64,000 bases of DNA, taken from positions 26,470,345 to 26,534,344 of the forward strand of contig NC_134028.1 of the NCBI RefSeq assembly GCF_964204645.1, written 5' to 3'. Below the pieces are notes generated by a model, which was given only the letters and a program-made list of their open reading frames with translations, was not told the origin of the DNA and searched no databases. Below, piece after piece: positions 19,001 to 32,508 of the stretch. Each line of letters starts with the position of its first letter. Position 1 is the first letter of the stretch. Origin of the DNA: Tubulanus polymorphus. Its lineage: Eukaryota; Animalia; Nemertea. Position numbers and translations under genes: made by a program.

Positions 19001-22000
19001 ACGAAAGAAGTGGAAATAAGTAGAAAGCAGGTTTTTTGTTCAAGCGGTCATTTAACAAGCGTTAGGTCCAATGTCAGTAAGGATTTATTGAATGATTTAT
19101 ACCATTGTTGTTGTTGTCGTTGGTGAGATGAGCGAATGTTATAGTCATTGACACGAAGGTCATCGAAGCTGAGGAGAGCGCGAGCGATCGTCCTGTTGTT
19201 ACCATTAAATTAACACCATCGCTGATGAAGAACTGATGAAGAACAGGGCTGAAAGGTTACGGGAATTAAGTGACAGGAAATGCTGATATCCGTAGACGGA
19301 CGGTGACCGGTTAAGACTTAGTCCGCGCCGTCGCAGCCGTTCTATAGTGGGCTGACCGAGGACGAGAACGAATCAATTCACAGCCTGGGAATTAATTGGT
19401 ACATAAGCACACGATGTGATGTAGTTCGTACCTGCGGTTCTGATTTATAAATCATGTGCTGCTACTAGAGCACCGTCGGAAGCAGATAATTGTGATAACT
19501 CGTCAAACAGGTCAGATATACCGGTTACGTGATTGCACCTGACTGCTGTGTGCTGAAACGTTCCTAGTTAATTCCGATACAAATTTGTCGCTAATTACAG
19601 TTTTATGGAGAGGAGTCCACTGTATAATGATGATAATGACGACCTTCTAATTTCGGTTTTATAATATAGTACACTGGAAGTAATCTCTCCATACAACCAG
19701 TGCTTGTGTTACTCTACGAGCAATTACCGCCGATCTACAGAGAACCACTGTGCGTTTAAAAAAGATTATTTTCATCATTCTTAACACCGTATATTCCTAT
19801 TTGGTGACTGCTGATCTATAGAGCAACGCTGCATTGTTCGGATTATTTCTATCACTTCAAACTGCGATGATACGTTGACTGGAATAAGAATCTGGCCATA
19901 AATTCAGCGACTCTCTCTCTCTCTTAGATGAGGTGTGTTATTCGTACTTGAATAACGATGGTTGATGTAATTCGTTGAATTGTGGACTAATCTAGTTTCG
20001 ATGTTATGCAATTTTGTCCGAGCGTTGCAGGTCGCGAGGATCCATGCGGCGGGCGGTTTACCTCGCGAGTATCTCGACGAGGAACCGTACAGTATCGACG
20101 ATGATGATGATAATGATAATACTGACGATGATGATGGTCATCGATTAGTAAAACATAGGTGAGGAGGAAGTCGGTATCTTACGATTTCGGTACGTGATTA
20201 GTCGTACATGTTCTACACAGCCACCATTTACAATGTTCTAAATTCAGATCGGACCAAACATTAACGAAAATTGGTCTGTTCAATTTCACTATGGACTATT
20301 TCAACAGTTTTTCACTTGTTGTAAATATTCTCAACATTTGCTGCAAGAAGTGGCATTCATTTTTGTTGTGAGTTCGGGGGATTGGGGCGCTAAAAATCTT
20401 AGAACGGACCATTTCGCTGTGTGTGGATAGAAACTTATCTTGAATTGCCTGTCTATGACCATACAGCTCTCGTTTTGGCTGTTCCAGGTCGGGTCAGATT
20501 AGAACAGACTAACTAGCGAAAGTTTAAGTGTGAACGCGGGTAATATGATTAACGAGGTCAGAAGGTGATTGAAACTACCAGATCCTTCCTTCCTCTGGAT
20601 ATAAACCCCAACCTTAAACCCTAGACTCAGTCCACGCTTAAACTTATTATCAGCTCTATACATCATGTCAACGGAAGCTGCTATCAGTAATTCACTTGAA
20701 TTCCGAGCATTCATCAGTCAGTCAGTCTGTCTGTTCCATAATGAATTCTTCTGCTGTAGATTCTGTAATAACTACTATATTGACTTCACTTTCTACTATT
20801 GTCTAAAAATCAGCTACTTTGCGCGGTTCTTTACAACCTGACTTTTGGGCCAGATCTAATACAACCTGAGAGAGTTATGCTCAAGTATATCTATTTATAT
20901 TTCTAAGTTTTAGCGGGTTTCTGTTGGTTCCTACGCCGGGCATAGAAACTAAAGTATAGTTTACATCTGTGGTTCTACTGGAGAATTGACATAGGACACA
21001 TTGAATGAACAGGTTTCAGTTACCACCTAGTTCAGCTCTCTTATTTCACTGTCACCGGTCACCGACGACATTATTATTGTTCTTACACATAACATGATCT
21101 TAGTGTAGAAGTAATCATGAATTCGGACCAAAGTTACTGCCGGTTACCCATTTCATACCGGCAGATTACATTTTTGATTTTCGGAAATGGACTGTTTAGT
21201 TTCTTCGTGGAAATATAAGAACTTTATCCGATGGTTTTCTTTGTTCCAATATCGGGCCTCGGGTTAAAAATCGTTCTCTTAAAAACCGTATCAACTTACC
21301 AGTAATTGAAGTCTTTGAAGACGTTAATAATAGACGCGCGTGTTCCTCGCGACGTTCCTCGCGACGTTCCGCGCCGAGATCAGAACTTGTTCTTTGATTT
21401 AGATTTTAATCGAAGTATGAATTGGATATGAATTAAGGATTTTCACTTGTGTTGCAAAATGTTTGAATCATATACTAGGGTATCTCGGTACTAGGTGAGG
21501 GCTAAGCTATAATGCGTTATCAAATCAGTTTGATTGAGATGGATTTTTTTCTGATTTCAGCAAAGGGAATCCGAAGACGAAATTGATGTCAATCGGTCGA
21601 AAGAAATTCAACATGGATCCGAAGAAGGTGAGCAGAATAGCGATCATGAGTGTTCTTAAAGATCACGGTCCAGTTTATATAACTCTCAAATCAATTTAAT
21701 TTCTTCATGTATTTCATTAATCATAAATAGAGTTAAATCTGAAACTGGCCCCAGGAAAATTAGGGAAGACCAGGTTTATTTTGCATATCAGGGAATTCTG
21801 ACTTCTTTCTCGACAATCAGGGAAAATCTTGGAGTCTTGTTGTTCTTGCTGATGATTTATGGTACAAGGAACCTCTTTGAACAGATTGAAAAGAAACAGA
21901 CCTGACTAAGGACATCTTATGATTATAATGAGGGAATTTATTGTCGATGGTCAGGGAAATATCGGGGAATTTCGGATTCCCTGATCTGTAACAAACCAGT

Positions 22001-25000
22001 GTGTTGAAGACCACTCCATAAAACCCCAGTGGGCCTGCACATCTGTTTTCTAATTCAAGCTAGTAAATGTATTAACTCCCCTGTGGGGGAGGGAAGGGAA
22101 AAGTGTTTGATAAATACAATTGTTTTTCTCTATATCAGTGATAAAACACAGGTTTCTTTACATGCAAATATTTATACAGTGTGTTTGTAAGCAGTGGGTA
22201 TTTATTTGTACCTCACTCGCGTTCACTTACTGATGAAACAACGATTTTCTATCGGTAACTTCGATATATTATAACTGCTCGTTTTCTGAGAAGTTTCGAC
22301 CACGCGTGTTAAGTCAGTCGTGGTATAATCTTCTGGCAGCCGTCTCTCCGCTGAAGAGATTTAAAATACCGCAGAAATCTAAAAATATAATCACATATCG
22401 AACAAAAAGCTTTTAACCCAGAAACGAAGATTTGAATAGCTTCGAGAACTGAAGTGGTTCGGCTTTCGGAAATCTTAAATCCTAGCATCGGATGAAAAAT
22501 TTACTTTGTTGGAATTTAAGATTTTATTCTAAACGTTAGGATTTAACCTGCACCCCTTTAGAAATGTGGTACTTAAACATAGGCGTCCCCAAGGGGGGTG
22601 CGGGGGTAGCGGACGCACCCACTTTTCGAGATAGCTAACTTCTCAAGTTACTATCTAATCGATATTCAAGATTTTTCTTGCCATTTTGACTAGTATTTTA
22701 CCTCTAAATGGTTCATTTAGAGTCTGGAAAACGTCTCTAAAGCCTCCAATTTTCAAAATTTTTTGGGGGAGGCCAACCAAACACTAGACATTGTGCTTGG
22801 ATGTTGGATTGATGCTAATTGGAACCCCCCATGAAAATTCCTGGGGACGCCTATGTTAAACAGCATTCTTCTGATTTGTTGGTAGTCACACTTAACATGT
22901 ATTCAGGACTGCAATTGAGATTTGAATATTAGCCTATGTGTACTTCCATTGAAAAAAAATATGTTAATTATTAATTGATTAATATATGCCGAATGTTAGT
23001 TCATTATGTTATGGTATGTATATTTTCAGGGTTTAGAATATCTGATTGAACACGGACTATTGCACAATACTCCTGAAGAGGTGGCTCAGTTTCTATTCAA
23101 GGGTGAAGGTTTGAATAAAACCGCTATTGGAAACTATCTCGGAGAGAGGTACTCTATCTATTCACTATTCTAATTCCACGAAATCATATTCAAATTACGA
23201 GTATCGAAATATTTATACTGTGATTTTTTTTTCAGGAATGACTTTAACATCGACGTTCTGAAGACATTTGTCAATCTACATGAATTCACTGATATGATAT
23301 TAGTGCAAGCATTGAGGTAAACCCACAGTCAGAATCTATAGCTGCAATCGCACGACCAAAACCTTGGACCAGTCCCGAGTCTATAGCCGCAATCATGCAA
23401 CCAAAAACCTTGGACCAGTCCCGAATCTATAGCCGCAATCATGCAACCAAAAACCTTTGGACCAGGCCCGAGTCTATAGCCGCAATCCAAGACCAAAAAC
23501 GTCGGACCAGGCCCAAGTCTATAGCCGCGATCACGCGACCAAAAACCTTCGGACAAGTCCCGAGTCCATAGCTGCGATCACGCAACCAAAAACCTTCGGA
23601 CCAGTCCCGAGTCCATAGCTGCGATCACACAACCAAAAACCTTCGGACCAGGCCCGAGTCTATAGCCACAATCACATGACCAAAAACTGATGTCTCGTTA
23701 TTGATAGCACTTTTCAGAAGTTGGCAGCTCTGTAATAGTATTGAGAGAGTGGTTTATGTATGAACACACTCTCTAATTATGCACGGGCCGAATTAAACTC
23801 GCCGCCTGATCCGTATGATTGCAGCTTATATCAATTCTCATGTAAAGCTGATTGCACTAGTTGGCCCTGTTTATCCGTCCGTCAGTGATTCTGATACTTT
23901 GATGTTGTGAACCCCTAATTGACTATAATCCTGTTATATCTGATTCCTGCATTAACGTCATGTATGATACACATGCAGCTAATGCTTTCACGCTGTATGA
24001 AATATTAACTTTTTAACGATAATCAATACAGTGAGATCGGTGACTTCGAACGTGTCTATTTTCAGCCATCGTCGCTGTTTCAGCTCAATGACATCACATG
24101 TGATTTATGTTATTAAGTAGTTTGTTTTTTCGGTCCGGTTTTTGCAGGCAGTTTTTATGGAGTTTTCGTTTGCCCGGTGAAGCTCAGAAGATCGATCGAA
24201 TGATGGAGTGTTTCGCTCAGCGTTATTGTGAACTGAATCCGGGAATGTTCTCCAGCACAGGTATGAATAATCAGCTTCAACGTTCACTATTCATCTACAG
24301 TCACTGTGTTTGTGAGGTGCATCTACATACATGTACATGTTTGTTATCTTAGATACATGTACATATTTGTCATCTTAGATACATTTACATGTTTGTCATC
24401 TTAGATACATGTACATGTTTGTCATCTTAGATACATTTACATGTTTGTCATCTTAGATACATTTACATGTTTGTCATCTTAGATACATTTACATGTTTGT
24501 CATCTTAGATACATTTACAAGTTTGTCATCTCAGATATATGTACCGTACATGTGACTTAATGTGTACATGTTTGTCATTTAAGATACATGTACATATTTG
24601 TCATCTGAGATGCATGTCTCGGACACGTTTGTACATGTTTGTTATTTGAGATACATATTTATCATTTCAGATACATGCTATGTTTTGTCGTTTGCTATAA
24701 TCATGTTGAATACAAGTTTGCACAATCCGAGCGTCAGAGATAAACCAAACGTTGATCAGTTTATATCAATGAATCGTGGCATCAATGATGGCGGAGATCT
24801 TCCTCCAGATCTATTAACGGTAATTACTTCTCTTTATCTTACACAACTCTCGATCTACAGTCCGGAGCCTCATCTTCAGTCATTCTCTATCTCTGATGAA
24901 TTCCTGAACAAGTGAAGTATGGACGATCAAAAAGTGGACAGACAGCGGATTGTCTGAGGGGGTGTAGGATACAGACAGCGGATTGTCTGAGGGGGTGTAG

Positions 25001-28000
25001 GATACAGGCAGCAGATTGTCTGAAGGGTACAGGGCCTAGACTGCAGATTGTCTGAAGGGTACAGGGCCTAGACTACAGATTGAAAGACACTGGGCCAAAG
25101 CTGTAGATAACTACATGCAACACTACCTATCTCATCAGCTGGATTAACAGTGTAATATAGTAGTCAGTCTGTAAATAGACTGATACATGTGCGTTGTACA
25201 ACTGTGTTTTTGTAGAGTTTATTCGAGAGTATTAAGAAGGAACCGTTCAAGATTCCCGAAGATGACGGCAATGACTTGATGCACACGTTCTTCAATCCGG
25301 ATAAAGAAGGCTGGTTATGGAAACAAGGTACGTGTCACTCCCTCTCTCTCGATATTCACTTGTTTTTTGATAATCATTCCTTCGATCAGATTAGGTCCTT
25401 TGTTGAATTTACATGTATCTAGACGCGATTCCTCCATAGATAATTAAAGCCTTAGTTTTAAACGCTGTATTCGTAGAGCCATCTTACTGGATTAGAATCT
25501 TAATCGGCTTTAATTAACGAATACTACGCCTTAACATAATTAATACACATCGCCGGATAGACTACATGTAAATTAGAATTTCAGTTTCAATTCTTAAGAT
25601 ATTTATCATTTTTGAAGCATCATTCCTGCCAGACCAGAATGACTGAACGAATTTGTTGATTATGAGTTTGAAGAAATTTTCCAGTTGTTGATTGAATCAT
25701 GCTGCAGTCCTAACGATTGCTTGTAAGCGATTATCTCTTTGCGTGACGTACAGCAGTTCATACTGAACTTTCAGTTGTTTCGCTTTATCCAATATTTAAT
25801 GCATATATAGTGATTTAGTTGCAGCAACCAGAGTGAACCCAGGCTCAGTTTCATAGACACTATAATTCAATATTTTACCATAAATTAACCCTTAACCGGC
25901 TTGCAGTTGCAACTTGACATTCCGATTTGGTTAGATGTCACAATTTTGCATTCTTTTAGGGGCAGATCCAGGATTTAGAAAGGGGGCATGCTCGGTGAAA
26001 ATTTTGAAAAATTACATGTACTCTCATTTTCATGCGTTCCGACTGTTTTAAGGTACTGCTTTTGACCATACTAAATAGAAATTAAAATTGTACCCCTACT
26101 GTCCACCACTACTTTGTTATTAGATAAAGTAGATTAAATACTTCCTAGTTCATCCAGAAAAGCAGTTCAGGTCAAACCGGGTTGAAACACAGAAAATATT
26201 GTCGAGTCTTTAGCATGAACTGTGAATGCAAAAGTAAAAATGGGTCGATGAAACTGATCCCGGAAGAACTTTGTCGTGGTTTTTGTTGGACACAATATTT
26301 GGTTAGTTGATGAAATTAATTCAAACTGCGCAACAGGAAAAAATATCTGACTTCGTTTTGAGCTGATTTTGTCTCAAAAGATGCCTGCATAAGATCATTA
26401 CGAAATGCTCGATGAAATTCATATTTTCCATCTTTTCCCAGACAATTACAGCAATGAACTTCTCGATATTCTGAAATATGAACAAGTTTTGTCATGATTT
26501 TCACACATATAAAACTGGCTTGTTTCTTTATTATTTTTTTCAATGGCAGGCGCGAATAAGCTGAGTAAGTTGACTTCACAATCATTTACATTATTTCCGA
26601 TCAGTGACATCATCACCTGCGTGTCACTGGTTACCGGGATTTAGTGTAAACCCATTCTGCACTGTGTGATCCGAGGCTTCTGTCTATTTTTTCTGTATTT
26701 TTTCATTTTTCATTATTTTTAGGTCTTTTCCTTTTTTACATAAATAACATGCTTTTGTACTGAGAAATTCTTAAACTGTCAACATCGCCCCTGAATTAAA
26801 GAATACTCTTAGACACATTTTTGTTGTTGCGTTGAATTGTTAAAAACGTTGATTTTTCGCTCCAATTTTCGACACTAAAAATGCGTCAAAGATAATTTCC
26901 AAATTGAAAAATAAATTAGTTTCGAAAAATATTCATTTGTGAATTTTTTAGTTGTAGTTTTTTGCTGTTGTGTTGTCTGATGTTTTGACCAAAATTTACA
27001 TCCGTCTAAATTGTTTTCCTTAAGATCATTGAATTTAATTGATTTAATCAAATATTTTTTTCAAACTTGTTGGTTAATTTGTTAACACTTGCATGCTTGA
27101 TTTATTACGTATTTCCTTCATCTATGAAATGATTATCGGTCCGATCGACGTTATTCTACATCTAACAACGTTTAATAACAACACACTGACCTTGACCTTC
27201 CGTTTCAAACCAATCAAATCAATCAAATTTTATTCACGAATCGCATATATAAAAAATGGCTTTATTTTGCATGTAGAGCGAGTGGTTCCGTTTCCGTAGC
27301 GACCAAATTTACCTTTCACTTATCAATTACGTTATAGTCGAGGATATTAAATTAAAAGCGTTGGCATGGCGATTTATTATAGATAATTACTAACGCTTAT
27401 TCTAATCGTGAGCAGCTGTTGTTTAATCGGAGTAAAAACTGGGAAATTCTGCCCTTAGAACGCGAGAGCCTGCTTCCAAATAGATCCCAGTTATTTCTAT
27501 ACTCCGGATGTTGTTTATATGATATATGATATGATATATAGTTCAGTTTGATATGAAGCGAGGTTTGTTTTCAGAGTAGAATTTCTTAGTACAGACACAT
27601 GTTATAATTATTCAAACCGCTGGCTCCGTCGCGGCCCCCGGCTGACGGCCCCGGCTCCGTCGCGGCCCCCGGCTGACGGCGGACATGTTATTTTATTATC
27701 GGTGTTTTTAGTTTCAGGTGTATGCTGTATTCTGCGCTCACTTGCCAGAGGCGGAATTCGGGATCCCGTTCCACCGTTCTAAAAATTCAGCTATTGATTA
27801 AATCATTGGAAATGAACTTTTTTGACTCATAAATTTGAAATGAAATGAGGACGGTAGAACTGAATCCTGAATAGGAAGGAAATTCATTAACAAACCCACA
27901 AACGGCCATTCATAGAGTACACAGACAAAATTGTGCTATTTTTTAATCTTCCCTCTACTTGGAATTATATATACAATTTAGACATAAATCTGGCAAGTGA

Positions 28001-29692
28001 GTTGTGTATATGTTGCATGATTGTAGGGCATATAGATTTGTAGTAGATGGTGTAAATTGATTTCTACGGGCTTTTTATTTTAATATTATACCGCGAGATA
28101 GTTCATGTCATAAGTGTTATCGTTTCGCTAGTATTTGAACACCGTCATTTGATTGTTGGCTTCATGAATTATTTCCATGTTTTGGCTTCATAGTTCCGTA
28201 ATGGAAGCTTAGCTGTTTGTATTATTTATGAGGGTCTGATGGGGGTTTTACTGGTGATAATTTACTATAAGGTTATGATGATGATGATGATGTGTTTGTG
28301 TTTATAGGTGGACGATACAGAAGTTGGAGGCGTAGATGGTTTATATTAAATGATAATTGTCTCTACTATTTCGAATATACTACGGTAAGTTGAAGTTATA
28401 TTTACATGGTTATTTACCCGAGGCTGACTAACCTTAGGACTGGGTTAAGAAACGGGGCTAGCGGAGCCGGGGTGGGCGGGGCGGCATTGACCGGGCCAAT
28501 AACTTGGACAATGATATTGGTTCGCAAAATGGGCCAGTCCCTGTTTGGTCTGATCAGGCCCGATCACGGTTAAAATCATAATAAAATTATCTTTATTTTA
28601 TTAATATTATTCTCATATTATGAAATTAAAAAGGATACTTCAATGGCAATGCTAAATACAGCTTAGATCGAGCCCTGATTGATGTAATTCTTGTATTTCT
28701 AGGATAAAGAACCGAAGGGAATTATTCCGTTAGAGAACGTACAAATTAGAGACGTGCATGATCGTAACAAACCGCATTGTTTCGAGATTTATTCAGCCAG
28801 TAATGATATCATTAAAGCTTGTAAAACTGATAAAGAAGGAAAAGTAGTTGAAGGTGAGCACGATATTTCAAACAAATTCCCTAATTCACTATGATAAATT
28901 TGGCTGAAGTCGCATATTTTGGACAAGACAAAATCAGTCCGACTTAAAATTGATATCTGAACTAGATTGTCCAGTAGACTCCGCTCAAGTTGGATCTTTT
29001 GACTTGACTGTGATGTCTGAGTTGGATGGTACAGTAGACTCCGCTCAAGTCAGATCTATTGACTTGAGAATGATATCTGAGTTGGATGATACAGTAGACT
29101 CCGCTCAAGTCAGATCATTTGACTTGAGAATGATATCTGAGTTGGATGGTGCAGTAGACCCGACTCAACAATAACTAGAAATTTGTTTGGGACTTGAAAT
29201 TGATATCCCAGTTGGATGGTATATAATTCATATATAGGGTCTTAAAAATATTTCAATCAACATCTGAGTCAAATGATTATCTCTGCGTTAAACGGTCTCA
29301 GATTTTAATGGTTATTTCTGAGTTGATCGGAGTCTACCGCTTTTTCATCAGGTAGTTAGTTATACCTCTATTTGTCGGAAAGCATGTATAAATAAACATG
29401 TACACTGAGAATGTATTGAGTTGTTTCATCTCGTCGTATTTTCCAGGTAAACATAACGTGTATAGAATGTCAGCAGCAACGTTAGAGGAGAAACAAGAAT
29501 GGACGAAATGTATCAAGTAAGTCACTCGATCAGAAACCATCCTTTTATTGCCGTTCTTGCATATATAGTGATAATTATATATTAATATTAATTAAATATT
29601 AATCGTGATTATTTTTCAGAGCGAGTATCAGTGAACATCCCGTGTATGATATGCTAGCGCAAAGACGTAAAAAAGTGACTCATCAGAAGTAG
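10040..29692 (+). CDS. CYTH1: Cytohesin (ARNO/Steppke-type Arf GEF: coiled coil + Sec7 + PH + polybasic tail)
   Basis: Exons 10040-10064, 10646-10719, 10804-10868, 21561-21627, 23030-23148, 23237-23316, 24149-24260, 24671-24819, 25216-25327, 28308-28384, 28703-28853, 29447-29516, 29620-29692. Motifs [24 protein letters not shown] (Sec7 glutamate finger), [34 protein letters not shown]. The symbol denotes the family; vertebrate paralogue numbering does not strictly apply. Confidence 0.95.
12215..12405. repeat. 20-bp minisatellite (CAGTTTCACCTCACGGGAGG)x~9
   Basis: Direct inspection; explains ORF 12169..12426. Confidence 0.93.
13498..13531. mobile_element. 34-bp perfect palindrome insertion flanked by a 7-bp direct repeat
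   Basis: CATGGACGTATAAACTATAGTTTATACGTCCATG with ATGAAAC at 13491-13497 and 13532-13538. Confidence 0.8.
14930..15090. repeat. 28-bp minisatellite (CAGACCCTGTGTCTGTATCRCGCCCTGT)x~5-6
   Basis: Direct inspection; explains ORFs 14833..15117 and 14940..15140. Confidence 0.92.
22578..22855. mobile_element. Non-autonomous DNA transposon (MITE), ~280 bp
   Basis: TIR CATAGGCGTCCCCA ... TGGGGACGCCTATG; TTAAA on both flanks. Confidence 0.75.
23328..23686. repeat. ~45-bp minisatellite (GAGTCTATAGCCGCAATCA...ACCAAAAACCTTCGGACCAGTCCC)x~8
   Basis: Direct inspection; intronic in cytohesin. Confidence 0.9.
24325..24660. repeat. ~25-bp minisatellite (TACATGTTTGTCATCTTAGATACAT)n, degenerating toward the 3' end
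   Basis: Direct inspection. Confidence 0.9.
26550..26564 (+). CDS. Candidate 15-nt microexon of the cytohesin PH domain (KQ-GANKLS-GRY)
   Basis: TTTCTTTATTATTTTTTTCAATGGCAG|GCGCGAATAAGCTGA|GTAAGT; phase 1-1, frame preserving, no stop. Confidence 0.7.
   Translation, partial: ARIS
28945..29220. repeat. 60-bp tandem repeat x~4 (...TGATATCTGAGTTGGATGGTACAGTAGACTCCGCTCAAGT...)
   Basis: Consecutive 60-nt lines align; explains ORF 28950..29174. Confidence 0.9.
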
Positions 29693-29800
29693 ATGAATGA
29701 GTTTGATTGATGGGGCTGGTTCCCATGGATGGATATTATAACACACAGACTAATATAATCTATTATCTATATAAGTAAACGTTCTACACCGAAATAACAT

Positions 29801-30655
29801 GAGACCAGTGCTAGAAAGAGAGAGGTAGAATCGGACCAGAGAGGTTTACGGTGAGACCAGTGAGAGAGAGAGGTAGAATCAGACCAGAGAGTTGTACGGT
29901 GAGACCAGTGAGAGAGAGAGGTAGAATCAGACCAGAGAGGTTTACGGTGAGACCAGTGAGAGAGAGAGGTAGAATCAGACCAGAGAGGTTTACGGCGAGA
30001 CCAGTGAGAGAGAGAGGTAGAATCAGACCAGAAAGGTTTACGGTGAGACCAGTGAGAGAGAGAGGTAGAATCAGACCAGAGAGTTGTACGGTGAGACCAG
30101 TGAGAGAGAGAGGTAGAATAAGACAAGAGAGGTTTACGGTGAGACCAGTGAGAGAGAGAGGTAGAATCAGACCAGAGAGGTTTACGGTGAGACCAGTGAG
30201 AGAGAGAGGTAGAATCAGACCAGAAAGGTTTACGGTGAGACCAGTGAGAGAGAGAGGTAGAATCAGACCAGAGAGTTGTACGGTGAGACCAGTGAGAGAG
30301 AGAGGTAGAATAAGACAAGAGAGGTTTACGGTGAGACCAGTGAGAGAGAGAGGTAGAATCAGACCAGAAAGGTTTACGGTGAGACCAGTGGGAGAGAGAG
30401 GTAGAATCAGACCAGAGAGGTTTACGGCGAGACCAGTGAGAGAGAGAGGTAGAATCAGACCAGAAAGGTGTTCGATATTCCCTGGTGAGACCAGTGAGAG
30501 AGAGAGGTAGAATCGGACCAGAAAGGTGTTCGATATTCCCTGGTGAGACCAGTGAGAGAGAGGTAGAATCAGACCAGAGAGGTTTACGGCGAGACCAGTG
30601 AGAGAGAGAGAGGTAGAATCAGACCAGAGAGGTTTACGGTGAGACCAGTGAGAGA
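29801..30655. repeat. 48-bp purine-rich minisatellite x~17 just downstream of the cytohesin stop
   Basis: Unit GAGACCAGTGAGAGAGAGAGGTAGAATCAGACCAGAGAGGTTTACGGT; unit length divisible by 3 explains ORFs 29767..30318 and 29851..30510. Confidence 0.95.
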
Positions 30656-32508
30656 GGTGAAACCCTCTGAAGAGACTAGAGGTTGGTTACCTCCCTGTAG
30701 AGACAGATTGACTGACAGGTAGATCTGGGTATACTGTTAGTTACTACCTGTATATTATATTAAAGGTTCCATTGTAAAGTGTTGTTTAAAGTCTTGATAT
30801 GAAATCCAAAATCAGGGTAGAGAAATATTCAACTGGACCCTTTTCTGCAGTTCTCAAGTTTCGAAATTTTATCCGATTATAATTTGAGAACTGGAGAGTA
30901 ACTGCAGAACTGGGTCCAGATTGACTATAGATTTTGATTATAGAATTTCAACGTTGTCCCAGTTGTGGATAATATACGCTATAGCAATCCGAGGTTTCTA
31001 TAAAACTGAGGTTTGATTTTCTGGAAAAATAGAGACATTCATTTATATACGATTTGCATTTGTATCTCGGTGTGATTTGATATTCTGTATATTTTAACTG
31101 AAATGCTGTAAATATTTTTGAATTGTAACGATGATGGTCTGCGCGCGTTGTATGATATTTTTGAGATGAGGGATGCGTCATTTATGAAAGAATGTGTGTT
31201 ATTTTGTATAATGATCGTGAAGTGATGGGACGATATTATAAACTAGTCTCGATTCGTAACAAAAAACAGTTCATTGTCCATTGATGACTCTCTTCAACTA
31301 AAACTCAGTTGAAAAAGACCGAATAGTCACAAGCAGCAATAGGAACTTTTCTTTTCACTGTTTGTCTTGACAGATCACAGTTGTTGGTTATAATTTGACT
31401 CTATAGTTAAACCAGTTCATTTATAACCTCTTATGACCCTAGTCTCATTTTAAACTGACAAAACTGTCGATCGAGTCCCGTGAATTATTTGTTTTTTTAA
31501 GCTTGTAAATTTTAACTTTAGAATTGGGTTTAAACCCATTTCTGATTGGCCCATAAAGTATTTTAGTGATCTGACCTATCAGGGCTGTTCATAGCGGGGG
31601 CAGGGGGAAGTTATCCCCCTCAGAAATTTGGGTGCCTATTTTCCAAATATTGTTATATCCAATATAACTGCCCTTTTTCGGGTTTCTCTGCCCCCCTCCC
31701 AAAAATGCAATTGCTAGGTACAAATTGAAATTGACTGGTTATTTTTTGCTTCCATCCAATTTTTCTGATGTCGTGGTCTTGAGTTCAATAGGATTCACAA
31801 TTCTTCCGTTCGTTTGTTAGATTTTTACTGAACGATCTTTTAGATTCTTGAATGAAGAATGAATGCTTTTTTTCTACGGTCCAACTAGATGTTGTATTCA
31901 AGCCTTTCTATATCCATTTTATTTTACACATTAATAACAGATATTTCTTAAAAGAAAATATTCATTAATATCCATATAAATGCAAATATTATTAATAAAG
32001 AAATGAATTATTGTGCTTTTTTCAGGGATCGCTGTATAAAAAAAACTTGATGACTTTTTTGTTGATTAGCGTATTGTATGTGTTTGAATGTTGTGAAATA
32101 GAATATTTGAAAGATTTATGAGCGAAAATAATATTTGTTTTTCTTACATTTTATTTCGCTATTTCTGCTATAGAGGGTTCAATCCCCTGTCAGTCGAAGG
32201 AATACAATGGATTGGCATATTACCTCCTTGGTAAGTAAAGCACAGGACATTTTCACTTGAAAATTTTCAAAACAACTTTAGAGTATACCGCCGGTTGAGC
32301 ATGATGATATAGTTGCGATCCTCGAGTAATGACCTTATAGTAATGACCTTGTCGCAGTTAAAGCAATTAGACTAATTAGTTTTATCAGTGGTATAAGTTT
32401 GATAAGCGGTATTGCAACGCAATGTAAATCAAGCCAAAAGGAAACGTGTTTCGTCTCAAGTACAGTGCGGATACTTGGTTATCCTATGGGTGAAATTTCA
32501 AAATTGGT

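Noticed and set aside
23328-23686. Regularly spaced repeats superficially like a CRISPR array (also 1-325, 28945-29220, 32509-32727)
   Set aside because: Head-to-tail units without unique spacers, in eukaryotic introns or spacers, no cas genes
27277-27299. TTTTGCATGTAG acceptor followed by ERVVPFP-stop as a possible PH-less terminal exon of cytohesin
   Set aside because: No convincing donor or nearby canonical poly(A) signal; cannot be distinguished from chance
29767-30510. 183-aa and 219-aa repetitive ORFs on both strands
   Set aside because: Produced by a 48-bp minisatellite (multiple of 3); no splice or coding context
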